Shown piece by piece: positions 1 to 11,236 of a stretch of DNA of 21,892 nucleotides (the first letter of the stretch is position 1; every line of letters starts with the position of its first letter). A program made the translations under genes and the position numbers. Source of the DNA: Ginkgo biloba (taxonomy: Eukaryota > Plantae > Ginkgophyta); NCBI GenBank assembly GCA_024626585.2, contig JANKJI020000002.1, positions 271,325,561 to 271,347,452 of the forward strand, read 5' to 3'. The notes beneath the pieces are model-generated. The model searched no databases and was not told the origin of the DNA. It saw nothing but the letters and a program-made list of their open reading frames with translations.

Positions 1-546
1 ATTCAAATTCGTACTCGTACCTGGTGACTTAGATGAGGGGTAACACTTTGTTACCCCTAATTATACTAAAGATGATAAATACTAGACATATTAAAAAATG
101 GCTATAGATATTTTGGATTCTTTTAAGGAGACGAGGATGTTGAACTCTAGAAACTTCTACAATGAGAAGGATAAGATTTTTGTTCAGATCTAATTTTTGC
201 ATTTTAGGAGAAAGGTTTTCATTTAATCCTAAGTTTTACAAAGAATGTTATACCTCTTGAATTGGATAGAAAAAGACACTCTTTATGGAAAAAACCTTAT
301 TGAGAAACAAAGGAAAAAGGAATTTCACATCTAAAAGAAATATTAAGAGGTATTTATATGGAATCATACAGACTTGAAGGGTATTGATTATTTAATATGC
401 TAGCATTATATTTTCATAAAGGAAGATATAAATCTAATATATTAGCCATAAAGGATAATAAATCCTATGACAATTTAGATAGTTAGGGATAAATTGGATA
501 AATTTCTTTCATCTAGTATGATTTAACTAATATCCTATATCTAATG

Positions 547-653
547 TAATGCACCTACTGGTATGGAGTCTTAAAGGTGTGCAAAAGCATATAATCAAAA
601 ATACCAGAGAGTGATAAACCTTGAAACCTTCTGAAAATTATACTACACTGAAT
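547..653 (-). repeat. Remnant of the 3' LTR (terminal part only)
   Basis: Ungapped alignment to 1706-1812 with 24 mismatches in 107 nt by hand count (~78% identity); abuts the left TSD. Confidence 0.85.
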
Positions 654-1691
654 AAATGAACATAATCTTGAGATTAAATTCACAATAAAAGACTAAAGAG
701 TCAAGTTGTATATATTGTAATCCAAATAAACTAGTCTATTTAAATGGAAAAAAAAACCCATGCAATTGGTTACTGTTAACATACCATTAACATTATAAAT
801 TTTGATAAATTTTCTACTTTCTTCAAATTTCAACTAGAATGAGAGAATCCAATATAAAAGATGCACTCGATTTTTTGTTGGTTTTTGTTTAATTTTACAT
901 CAAATATAATGAAGATCCTTCCTAGAAAATGTGATGAAGCAATATTCATCTTTGACTATTCTCCCTTGTAGGCTTATGGCTACATCCATGTCTTAAACTA
1001 TGAGTGTGATTATCTTATTATGGTTTATTACTTCTAATTCATATCCCATAATAATTAAAATATCATCAACTTAATCAATGGCACTTAGATTCACACTGAT
1101 GAGTCTCTATGGCATACAATCCAAGCAAAGCATGCATCCATCCACCTTCCATATCACTATCACTAATCATTTGGATCTTNNNNNNNNNNNNNNNNNNNNN
1201 NNNNNNNNNNNNNNNNNNNNNNNNNNNNNNNNNNNNNNNNNNNNNNNNNNNNNNNNNNNNNNNNNNNNNNNNNNNNNNNCATAGGACCAAACACTATCCC
1301 CTTCCATGGTTAGGATGGCACATCAATTCTTTTGTCATCTTCTTAATAATAGTTTCTATTCCATCCATATATTTTTCAAGAGTGCCCTCTTCATGGCCTT
1401 CTGATTCACATAAGTTCTCCTCTTCATTCTTTATAGGAATGAAGAAAGTATTCTCTTTGGGTAGAATCTCCCCTCCAACTCTTTATTTTATGCCTCTCTC
1501 TAAAATTGCACCTAGGTTGGCCATCCTAGTTATATATCAGGTGGAAACCACATGCAAAAAATAGAAAATTTAAAATTGAAAAAAAAATGGAAAAACTAAA
1601 CTTATTACCTAATTGAAAACAACCATTCAAAATGATATGTCTATTCAATAGGTAAAATAAAACTAAAAGAATTATAAATAAAATAACATGT

Positions 1692-1703
1692 GCTCTGATA
1701 CCA
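1692..1703 (-). promoter_or_regulatory. Primer-binding site complementary to tRNA-iMet
   Basis: GCTCTGATACCA is the reverse complement of TGGTATCAGAGC and lies 2 nt from the LTR end. Confidence 0.92.
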
Positions 1704-1705
1704 AA

Positions 1706-2571
1706 TGATGCACCCACTAGTATCGAGGTTTGAAGGTATGCAGAAGTGTGTGATCAAAAATACCAAGGAGTGATCAACGTTAAAACCTTCTAAAAAAGTT
1801 GCTACACTAAATTCAGGGTCTCTTAAAATTTTATGTCCATTTTACAATCAAAGAATTCTCTAAAACAAACCTTGAATGTGAGTTTACAATAATACCAATA
1901 ATTAGCACACTATGCACCACTTCATAGCATGCTAATGGATAGGGTGCTTCTTAAGACCACATTGTTGGACAACGTTGATGTTAGAAACTTGTAACCTCAA
2001 GAAAAACATTTCACACTTGTGTTTCATCACTTGCAACTTAATAAAGTCACTCAAATGCACTTGAAGAGACACCACCTACAGAGAATCCTATACAAGAATC
2101 TATGCACTCATAGAAGATTTAACGTCACAATCAAGATTTAGAAAATTAATATTCAAAGTAACTCTCCACAAATAATTGGACAAAAAAAATTATCTATTAT
2201 TTAAAGTGTATAAAGCACAAAGTTATATAGATTATAATTTTATGAGAACACAAAGCTTAAGGCTCTTTTATAGGAGATGCCTTATATAAATATAGCATAG
2301 GTTCTAAGAGTAAACATGTCATTCATGTTTCTACTAACCTTTATAACCACTTAAATAATAGGCAATTATAATAATAGGAATAAACACATGCCTGTGCACA
2401 CACACACTACCTAGCATTAGCTAAAGTTAATAAAAGAGAGAGAAGTGTTAGTGAGAGAAAACCCATTATTGTAAAACCTCTCCAATTAGATTCCCCTTGG
2501 TTATCACCCCTTAATCAAGCTTTGACCCCATGGAATCACATGCTAGATCCCTCCTTCTCTATGGAACATCA
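1706..2571 (-). repeat. 5' LTR (866 bp) of the nested element
   Basis: Starts TGATG and ends CATCA; adjacent to the PBS; minus-strand TATAAAAGAGCC at ~2261-2272; its first 107 bp recur at 547-653. Confidence 0.85.
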
Positions 2572-3340
2572 TAATGTGTATATCCACTAGTAGTGGTTCT
2601 AAATAAATAAGGTAAGTTGAGGATTTATATTGATTATATTCTATTCAATAAATTCACACAGAAATATCACTTTACACTACCTTTTTTAGATAAAGTTTTG
2701 GATAAATTAGCAATAAGGAAGTATTTGTATTTTTTTTATGCCTTCTTAGGCTACAATAAGATTTATATTAACCTTGATCCTCAAGATAAAAACTACTTTT
2801 ATATGTCCTTAGGTTACTTTTGCATATCGAGTACTTCCTTTTGGGTTATGGAATGCACTTGCAACTTTCTAAAGGGAGTAATATGCATCTTTTTTGAATA
2901 CATAAATGATTGCATTAAAATATATATGGATGATTTATTAGTATATAAGGATTCATTCAATGAGGAATTATATCCATTGGATTACTCTAAATAAAAGTGA
3001 ACAAACACACCTCTCACATAGAAATGAAAATATAAGATACTAATTATGAAATCCATTATTACAGGCCATTTAATTTTAGAGAAAGGGATTGTAGTTGATT
3101 AGGTAAATATTCAATTAATTAAGAATCTTCCTTCTCTAATAAAATTCAAGGATGTATAGGTATTTATAAGATCACTAAGGTATTATCATTGGTTCTTTAA
3201 GTATTTCATCAAAATTTTTGCACCATTACATAGATTATTGATCAAGGATGTACCTTTTCAATGGATTAAAGAGTGTGAATATGTGTTCTAACTTCCCCAA
3301 CATAAAATGACCTCTATACCAATATTAAGGGGACATAACT
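2572..3340 (+). pseudogene. Reverse transcriptase (degenerate) of the Athila/Tat-like element
   Basis: ORF 2617-2994 matches RICVDYR.LN..T.KDHFPLPF.DQVLD and YMDD; the thumb region RYY..FFKYFIKIFAPL..LL.KDVPFQW follows. Confidence 0.93.
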
Positions 3341-3715
3341 AAAAAAATATATTTTATAGGATCCATAGTTATGCTTTGGATTATGTAACAGGGGTCTTAT
3401 TAGTACAATAAGAGGAATTAAGTGAATATGCCATCTACTTTGCTTGTAAATATTTATCATATATAGAATATATTTACACTATTATAAAGAAGGATGTTTT
3501 TGTTGTTATATTCTCCATTGATAAGTTTTTACACTACATCTCTAGCTTCTCAATAATAATTCATACTAATGATACCATCATCAAATTCCTTCTTAACAAG
3601 ACTATTTTTAATCCTCGTATCATTCTTATCTTATCCTATTCTAGGAATTTAATCTAGAAATCATAGACAAACTTGGTCGAGCTAGTTTAGTTGTTGATCA
3701 TTTATCTTAACTTCC
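3341..3715 (+). pseudogene. RNase H (degenerate)
   Basis: IHSYALDYVTGVL (cf. HTDASDYAVGAVL), YAIYFA, YT..KKDVFVVIF..DKF.HYI, *EFNLEIIDKLG..LVVDHLS motifs. Confidence 0.85.
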
Positions 3716-3779
3716 AAACTCCCATGTTGAAGGACCTCTTAAAGACACGTTTCTAGATGATAATTATTTGGCTGATCTA

Positions 3780-4067
3780 AAGAACCAAGAGTGCAAGAGT
3801 CTTAGCTCTAAAGAACCTTGGATAATGAAGGTCAGATTGGAAAACCATGAGTAAAAGAGTTTCAACTTCAAAGAACCATGGTTAATGAAATTCAATTTTG
3901 AAAACCATGAGTGAAAGAGTTTTGGCTCTAAATAACCATGGATAGTGGAATTCGGGTTTGATAACCATGAGTGAAAAAGTTTTAACTCTGAGAAACCATG
4001 AGGAGTGGCATTCAGGTTTGGTCAACCATGAATGGAGAAGTTTTAGCTTTGAGGAACCATGTGTGAT
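3780..4067 (+). repeat. 60-bp tandem repeat, ~4.8 copies, with two AACCATG-containing subunits; truncated by a gap
   Basis: Units starting at 3781, 3841, 3901, 3961 and 4021 align almost column for column. Confidence 0.92.
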
Positions 4068-4167
4068 NNNNNNNNNNNNNNNNNNNNNNNNNNNNNNNNN
4101 NNNNNNNNNNNNNNNNNNNNNNNNNNNNNNNNNNNNNNNNNNNNNNNNNNNNNNNNNNNNNNNNNNN

Positions 4168-5240
4168 TACTAAACATTTCTCCCATAATAAAGATAATAG
4201 TTGGTTAGAAAAAGAGTTGCATACACATAGGTTGATGGTTATCTATACAAGATGGGACTATATAACATCCTTCAAGTATGCTTAAGGGAAGATGATATTT
4301 TTAATGTCTAAAAGCTATACATAATGAATCTTATGGAGGGCACTTTGAGGCTCAAAGGATAGACCATAAAATTCTACTGATAATATATTAGTGGACTACT
4401 CTATTAAAGAATGCCAAGAAATACACTCAAACTTGTGATTTATATCAAATAATGGAAAAATATCTATGTAGTGGCATGATTAATTTATATCCTATAATGG
4501 CATTCAAACCATTCAAGAAATAGGAGATGGATTTTGTCGATCCCATCACCCTAGTCTCTCACAAGAATCATAAATATTCTAGTCTACAAAGATTATGTCA
4601 CTAAATGGGTTGAAGTGTACTTAATGAAAGAAGTAAATGTTAATAATGTGGTTATTTATTTGTATGAAGAAATATTTACTTAGTATAGTACTCCAAGTGA
4701 GTTAGTAATAAGGGCATTTTATTGATAAATAAAGACTTTGTGGCATTAACATAAGAATACCATATTTTTTAATGGAAATCAACTCCCTATTATCCCAAAG
4801 TAAATAGAAAAGTAGAAGTCATCAATAAATATATATAATCCATTCTTAGTTTAGGCATATTGAATATATTAGGGCGAATATTTACCAGAAGCACTATAGT
4901 GTTATAAAGTGACTTGGGAAAGCACCATAGGCTTCACCCCATTTAAATTAATTTATGGTAAGAATTTTATATTTCCAGTTGGATATGAATTAAAAACATT
5001 AAAAATAGTTATATCCAATTGGATATTTCATTGATATAAGTACAATAGTAAAGGATCGTATAATTAAACACCTTGGAAAAATTATGAGAGCAATCCAAGT
5101 TGAATAGTTGGCTAGTTTAATAATATCATAAATAATGGCATGATAAAGATCTCAAGAAGAAGCATTTAGTCCCTATAGACTAAGAATTATTATATGACTC
5201 CCAATACAATGAGTTCACTAGAAAATTTTAAGATTGATTA
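4168..5240 (+). pseudogene. Integrase (degenerate; zinc-binding, core and C-terminal regions)
   Basis: GYLYKMG..NIL, HNESYGGHF, Y*WTTLLKNAK.Y.QTCD, PFKK*EMDFVDPI, DYVTKWVE, STPYYPK, GFTPFKLIYG, LLYDS. Confidence 0.9.
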
Positions 5241-5241
5241 G

Positions 5242-5685
5242 AGATTACTTTGAATAAATATGAAAAAACATGCCTCTTGATTACGAGTAAAAAATAGAAT
5301 ATTTTGCTCACAAAAGGTATTATTCTAGGCCATTTTCTTTTAGAAAGGGGGTCATAGTCGATTTAACAGAAACTAAAGTAACTATAAANNNNNNNNNNNN
5401 NNNNNNNNNNNNNTCCTTCTCTAGGAAATTTCAAGGTTGTATAGAGTCTTCTAGGATTAATAAGGTATTATTATTAGTTCATCAAGTATTTTAATAAAAT
5501 TTTCATACCATTACATAAATTATTGTTTAAGGATGCACCATTATAATGGAATGAAGAGTGAAAATAGGTGTTCAAAATACTCAAGTACAAATTAACTTTA
5601 GCACTAATCTTAAGGTAACCAAATAGATATTTCCATTTTATATCCACACTAATGCTTTATATCAAGTGGTAGGAGTCATATTAGG
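5242..5685 (+). pseudogene. Second copy of the RT C-terminus / RNase H start
   Basis: Colinear with ~2980-3402 (GIILGHF..., RYY..FIKYF.KI..PL.KLL.KDAP..W, FPFYIHTNA...VGVILG); directly follows the integrase end. Confidence 0.8.
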
Positions 5686-6149
5686 NNNNNNNNNNNNNNN
5701 NNNNNNNNNNNNNNNNNNNNNNNNNNNNNNNNNNNNNNNNNNNNNNNNNNNNNNNNNNNNNNNNNNNNNNNNNNNNNNNNNNNNNTCAAAAAGTATGCAA
5801 GATCAAGACTATATAATCTAATATTAGTCTAATATCTTATCAAGTTCCTCTAGAAAAGTAGATGAATATGAAGTGAAAGGTAAATTAAGAGCCAATAAAT
5901 GAAGAATAATAATTAGAGGCCATGGAAAGGGTTGAGGAATTTAGGGAAGTAATTATGGAAAAAGAACCCAAATCTACACTTCAGGTAATTCTCTATAATT
6001 TTAAGATATAGAAGGAACCTAATTATAAGAAGATAAATGNNNNNNNNNNNNNNNNNNNNNNNNNNNNNNNNNNNNNNNNNNNNNNNNNNNNNNNNNNNNA
6101 GTTTACCTCACTCACTAGTTTAAGTCAATTTAAATAATGCAATTTATTT

Positions 6150-8240
6150 AGAATTACAATAATAACATAATCTAGGTTGATAGGAAAAAAACTTATGGTC
6201 ACTGTATAATTAATTGAGAAGGTGGCCTAAGTATAGATAAAAATGAAGATTTGGATAAGGAAAATCTCATCAAATGAATTCACAGATCTAGTATATTCTT
6301 TCTATACAAGTTCTCCTCCAAAAGGTATGAGCACCAACATTGGATTCTACACAAGATTGTTGCATATACCATGGGACTTTTAACATTAATTATATTGAAA
6401 CATATAGTCATGAGGCAATACCAAGCCTTCTTGTTCAATCCACACTTAAGGCTCTTCATTACTTATAAGAAAGGATAAGTTATAGATCTAAATCATTTCT
6501 TGTTGAAAGTAATTGATAAAAACATTAGAAGATAGAAGGGAGGCCAAGATAAAGAGATCCTACATTCAAGGATGATAAAAATAATGATCAACTACATATT
6601 GTAAGAAATATAGGATGGAATTAGGATGAACATAATTCCTAATTCAAGCATTATGAAATTATCGCAATAAGTTATCCTCCATTTAGGACTGGTGATGAAA
6701 ACTACTAAAGAGATTGAATAAGAAGAGAAGAGGGTAGAAGAAGAATAATAGAAAGAGAATGTTGATGGATTTCATAGTCGCTACTTTGATAACTACCAAT
6801 AATAAATTAACAAGGGAAAATAAGGAATTAAAGAAGAAGATTTAGTAGTTAGAGAAAAGCTAGAAATTACTAGCAATTGGGACCCATATTTCAACTATCT
6901 ATGTGGGGATCCAAATAATAACTCTAGGAATCAAATATGGAAAGGTAAAGATGACTCAAATTGAATGTACTAAAATATAGATAAATTAGGACTCCATGTA
7001 ATCGTAGATTATCCTCTAAAGAAGAGATCAAGGAATTGGCCAAATTAAGGGCCAAAAGGGAAAGATGAAGCTACCCAAATTGAATGTATTAAATCTAGAG
7101 AAATTGGGATTCAGTGNNNNNNNNNNNNNNNNNNNNNNNNNNNNNNNNNNNNATTAAGAAAAAGGGTAAAAAGGATGGAAGAAGGAATCAAAGAAGATGA
7201 AACTAGCTCCAGGATTTCAAATGACAAAATAGGCATTATGAGTGAAAATTTAGAAAATTTCAAACTAGTGGAAAAATATTTTGAACCTCATATAAATATA
7301 ACCTCCCTAGAATAAAGGCTCATGGGGTCTCATCCAAATAAAGGGGAAATTAAAATATTAGTGTCCAAATGTTTAGAATTAAATGAAAAGGTCAAAGGAG
7401 TAAAGGCCCTACTCCTATAAGTTGTACACTTAATAATATAAATGATGAAATATCAAGCTCCCCCAAGGGTTTATAGACTTATTTATAGAGAAATAATTCT
7501 ATAACTATAGTTGATTTTTTTATTAATCTTGATATGCCTCTTAAAATTTAATTCTATAAGAATAGAGGCCCTATATGAAATAAATAATAGGGTTTATCAT
7601 AACTTGATTTCAAAAATATGTTTAACAAATGATTTCCATAAGGATGATATACATTATAATCCCAATCTTTTGATGGGAAATATGCATTTAAGGGAAATGT
7701 TATTGATCTTGTCTAGTAAGAAAATAAGATCCAAATAGAAATAAGTATATGATTAATTAGAGATGAATGTTAAGAAGGAAATCATGCCTAATATTATAGA
7801 AAAATAGAGGCTCATTGATTAGCATGAAATAAGGATTTAAGAAGATAAATGGAGGATGGACTGTGAGGCTAATTTCAATATAGTATTAAGCCTTGAGGAA
7901 GTAGGGTTATCCCTTATGTAGGAAAATGCTAAAGGGAAATCCTCAACCAGACTAAAGGAGATGACAATTAAACTAAAGGATATATAACCATGCAATTACT
8001 TCACCTATAAATTAAATATAGATAGATGTCACCACTTGTGTACAAAATTAAAGGAATTAAGAATTTAGTGAATAGGTATGACTTATAAATATCATCCATT
8101 GGTTATGCCATTCCTATTTAATAAGAATGAATATAGTATGATAAATAGACCATGTGGTGGGATTCAAATCCCAATTGATGAATACACAACATTGATATAG
8201 TGGATACAAATTGAACTAATAACTATTTAAGGGAATTAGA
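6150..8240 (+). pseudogene. Degenerate extra ORF downstream of pol (Athila/Tat accessory-ORF-like)
   Basis: Purine-rich codon-like sequence with fragments IPWD...IILKHI...IDLNHFLLKVI...ILHSRMIKIMI (6365-6600) and K/E-rich stretches. Recalled resemblance to plant Gypsy accessory ORFs, not verified. Confidence 0.45.
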
Positions 8241-8550
8241 TTANNNNNNNNNNNNNNNNNNNNNNNNNNNNNNNNNNNNNNNNNNNNNNNNNNNNNNNNN
8301 NNATGAGGGATCATCATCAAATAGCATAATTGAGTTAGGCAGGAGGGATTTAAGAATAATGAACTCTTCACATGAGGAGATATAAATTAGAATTTGGGGA
8401 GAAATTATGAGGTACTATTTTCCCATTATTTGGTTAGTTTAATATATTATTTTAATTGTTTAAGAAGTAAAGAGTCCTCTATTTTTCTATTAATGATAGA
8501 AAAGTTCTCCTTATTTATAATTTGATGTAAAATGTATAATTTTTTGCCAA

Positions 8551-9017
8551 TGTAAGNNNNNNNNNNNNNNAGTAGTTATCCTGAGCATATACTAAGGGTA
8601 AATATATCTTGATTTATCCTTAGTGTCAAATAAGGATATCTCTACCTTAGCATTAGAAGAAGATAACTCTACCTTGCACAAGATGTATTTAAATTAACCC
8701 TCAAGGTGAGTTGAGGGAGACTTAATCATTTTTAGTTAAGGTTGAATTAGAAATAATTAATTAGTAGAATGAAGTTGTTGTGGGCTAGAATCTATTAGAG
8801 AATCTACTATATAAAGGAATTAGGCAATTTTTCCTTTATAAGGATCTATGCAAAAAGTGGCCTAGATGGCTCTACATAGCATTGGAGGAAAGGATCCCCA
8901 TATAGGATATCCAAGATGCTCTTTGCCTTTAGTTTGATTTAATATTTTATTGCAAAATTTAGTTAGATATTGTTATATTATTTTATTTATTTTTAATTCA
9001 ATCGAATGGGGTTGACA
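8551..9017 (+). repeat. Possible 3' LTR of the Athila/Tat-like element
   Basis: Begins TGTAAG, has TATATAAAGG at ~8808 and ends GGGGTTGACA; no partner LTR in the window. Confidence 0.35.
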
Positions 9018-10611
9018 ATAGTATAAATTCTTCCTTTAATTCATCATGTTAAAAGGAAGAACCAAAATTAACAATTAAATGACTAAATAAAGAATCGATC
9101 AATAGAGTGAAGATAAAAAATAATCATTTATCCAAGTATCCTATTATCCCATTTCTTCCTTAGACTCATTGAGGGATATATTACTTAAAAGGTTTAAGTC
9201 CTATGTTTCCTATTTAAACTATAATAATATTCTCACCATGATGAAGTAAATCCATTAAAATTCAATCACTTTTCATGTCAAACATTAGAAGGTAGCTAGA
9301 TATAANNNNNNNNNNNNNNNNNNNNNNNNNNNNNNNNNNNNNNNNNNNNNNNNNNNNNNNNNNNNNNNNNNNNNNNNNNNNNNNNNNNNNNNNNNNNNNN
9401 NNNNNATGTATCGTATTTGGACTCTACTAAGATTCTTATTATAATGAAGCAAAGTACTTATAACTCAATTTCTAGGAACATAAAATATTGGAATATAACT
9501 AATCTCAATGTCCCTATACAGATTCCAAAGAAGTTGGACATTAGTTTGTAGAGAGCCTCCTTCCTTAACATGCATTTCATGTTTCAACAAAAAGACCCAA
9601 GGATGAAGAATATGTCATCTAAGAAGCCTTGATTCTTGACATTCACCTTCAAGAGTCTAATTATGTTGATGTCACTAAACATATTCACATATAAGGAGAG
9701 GCTTTTCCTACTCTGTATTAATGCACATGTCAACTATTTAAAACAAATATAAAGTGGTTGGGGATGGGATCACGCGTACTGTTTTTAACCCTCCATCTAA
9801 TCAGCCTTCAAAATAAGATATAGGGGTATATTTATTCCTCCTATCCCACTCAATCAAATGACTCCTAAATCAACTTGGTCACCAACTAAGAAAATACTTC
9901 ACCCACTGATCCTCCCAATAATACTCGCATAAATTAAAATAAAATTTAGGATCACAATCCCTATAGGAAAAATAATTATAATAATTAGAGTGGATATGGT
10001 AAAGCTCATAAATAAAATGAGGGACAAAGATAAAACCTTGATAAAGCCAATCCCAACTAACCTCTAAAGTGGTGTGACTATTATAAGGTGGAAACCCATG
10101 ATAAGAGTGAATGCAAATCTTGGTTTAAGGCCCTTAATTATATATAAGACCATAGACTCACTTCCAGTCTTTCTTGAGAGGCTTTTCTTAGACCTCCACT
10201 AATACAATTAAATAAGACCCCTATCCAACATCAAAATTTCCACTAACTCTACCATAATAATCTAATGTCATGTCCATTTCTCCATCATTTATACAACATA
10301 TTGTATGGATCCTATATTATCCATGAGGGAGTTCAACTCCCTTAATAAGCCACCAACCATTAATACTTGATCCATCCTCCTCTATCCGCATCCTGCATGT
10401 TAGGAATAAATATGAGGTGATGGTTACTACAATATCTATGGATTAATAATCCAAGGAGGCTCCTTCTTCNNNNNNNNNNNNNNNNNNNNNNNNNNNNNNN
10501 NNNNNNNNNNNNNNNNNNNNNNNNNNNNNNNNNNNNNNNNNNNNNNNNNNNNNNNNNNNNNNNNNNNNNCGGTTTGTTTTTCAAAGGGTTTTTTTTTTTT
10601 TTTTTTTTCAG

Positions 10612-11236
10612 GCAAAGGATGCAGCAAAGGAGGCTTTTGTGGCCCAGCAAGAAGCACAGGAGGTGATTGAGCAAGCTTATGCTAAACAACTGAAAGCTCA
10701 AGAAAAGGCTCGGGGAGCTGCCCAACAACTTCTTGCTCAACAAGAAAGCGAAAAGGAGGAAGCAACTCTTGCTGCTAGTCAGGCAGCTGTTGAGGAGCAG
10801 AAAGTTGCTGCGCAGAAACAGTTTGATCAAGCAGCTATTGCCGGGCAATTTCTAGGTGCTCAAATAGCACAGCAAGCCATGGCCTCAGCTCAAGTTAGCG
10901 CTAATCCAGGTCTCTCTCAGGGAAATTTAGCACCGGTCGTTCCTTTCAACCAGCAACCTGTGAATGAGTATCAAAGTCTTGCGAATTCAGGGTTGTTCTC
11001 ATGGGCAAATGAAGATAATTGGAAGTATGGACTTCGTCTTGTCGGAATTGGTGCTGCATTTACAGTGTTTATAGGGTGGCCAGTAGCGAAAGTGAGCGTG
11101 GATCCAGAGCAGGAGCTTCTAAAATGTGGAGTTGGAGCTTTGTGTGGAGGGCTACTGGTCGTCACCTTGACTGCTCTCCGAATGTATCTTGGATGGGCTT
11201 ATGTTGGCAACCGTCTTTTCAGCGCTACTGTAGAAT
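10612..11236 (+). CDS. ycf36: Internal exon of a Ycf36/DUF1230-family protein gene (At5g11840-type, CGLD27-related) with an N-terminal A/Q/E-rich helical segment
   Basis: (T)20-CAG acceptor at 10589-10611, phase 0. Open frame AKDAAKEAFVAQQ...VPFNQQPVNEYQSL..LFSWA...RMYLGWAYVGNRLFSATVE. Donor T|GTAATA at 11237. Confidence 0.9.

Larger units (their letters stand above)
547..2571 (-). mobile_element. Internally deleted CRM-like chromovirus LTR retrotransposon nested in the host RT
   Basis: Flanked by TAATG at 542-546 and 2572-2576. Full LTR 1706-2571 with TGATG...CATCA ends; PBS 1692-1703; gag-like start at 1524; protease-like IECIFYIGFSH (DTG/DSG relic)...PIAWV at ~755-875; partial second LTR from 547. 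Confidence 0.85.
240..5240 (+). mobile_element. Degenerate Ty3/Gypsy pol (non-chromovirus, Athila/Tat-like): pre-RT region, RT, RNase H, integrase; interrupted by a nested element at 547-2571
   Basis: Manual translation through stops and frameshifts: VFIWNHTDLKGID...VRDKLDKFL (350-510), resuming after the insertion as CVYPLVVV..GKLRIYIDY..HFTLPFLDKVLD..GYNKI..LPFGL..YMDD (2923-2934); RNase H region; integrase YGGHF (GGHF 4335-4346), PFKK*EMDFVDPI (4509-4547), DYVTKWVE (4591-4614). The RT-RH-INT order is Gypsy. Confidence 0.93.

Noticed and set aside
1-32. Possible hAT/MITE terminus (GTACTCGTACC...GGTGACTTAG)
   Set aside because: Only one end is visible at the window edge, so neither TIR partner nor TSD can be checked.
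3780-4067. CRISPR-like periodic AACCATG motifs
   Set aside because: The intervening segments are homologous to each other rather than unique spacers, the context is eukaryotic, and there are no cas genes.
9018-10469. Possible minus-strand Copia-like protease relic (LIVNFGSSF) and other coding-like traces
   Set aside because: Too degenerate to support without an HMM search.
10360-10848. Minus-strand 162-aa ORF, or (T)20 as a retrocopy poly(A) tail
   Set aside because: The ORF is the antisense shadow of the A/Q-rich exon and crosses an N gap; the T tract ends in CAG in phase with the + frame, as expected of a splice acceptor.
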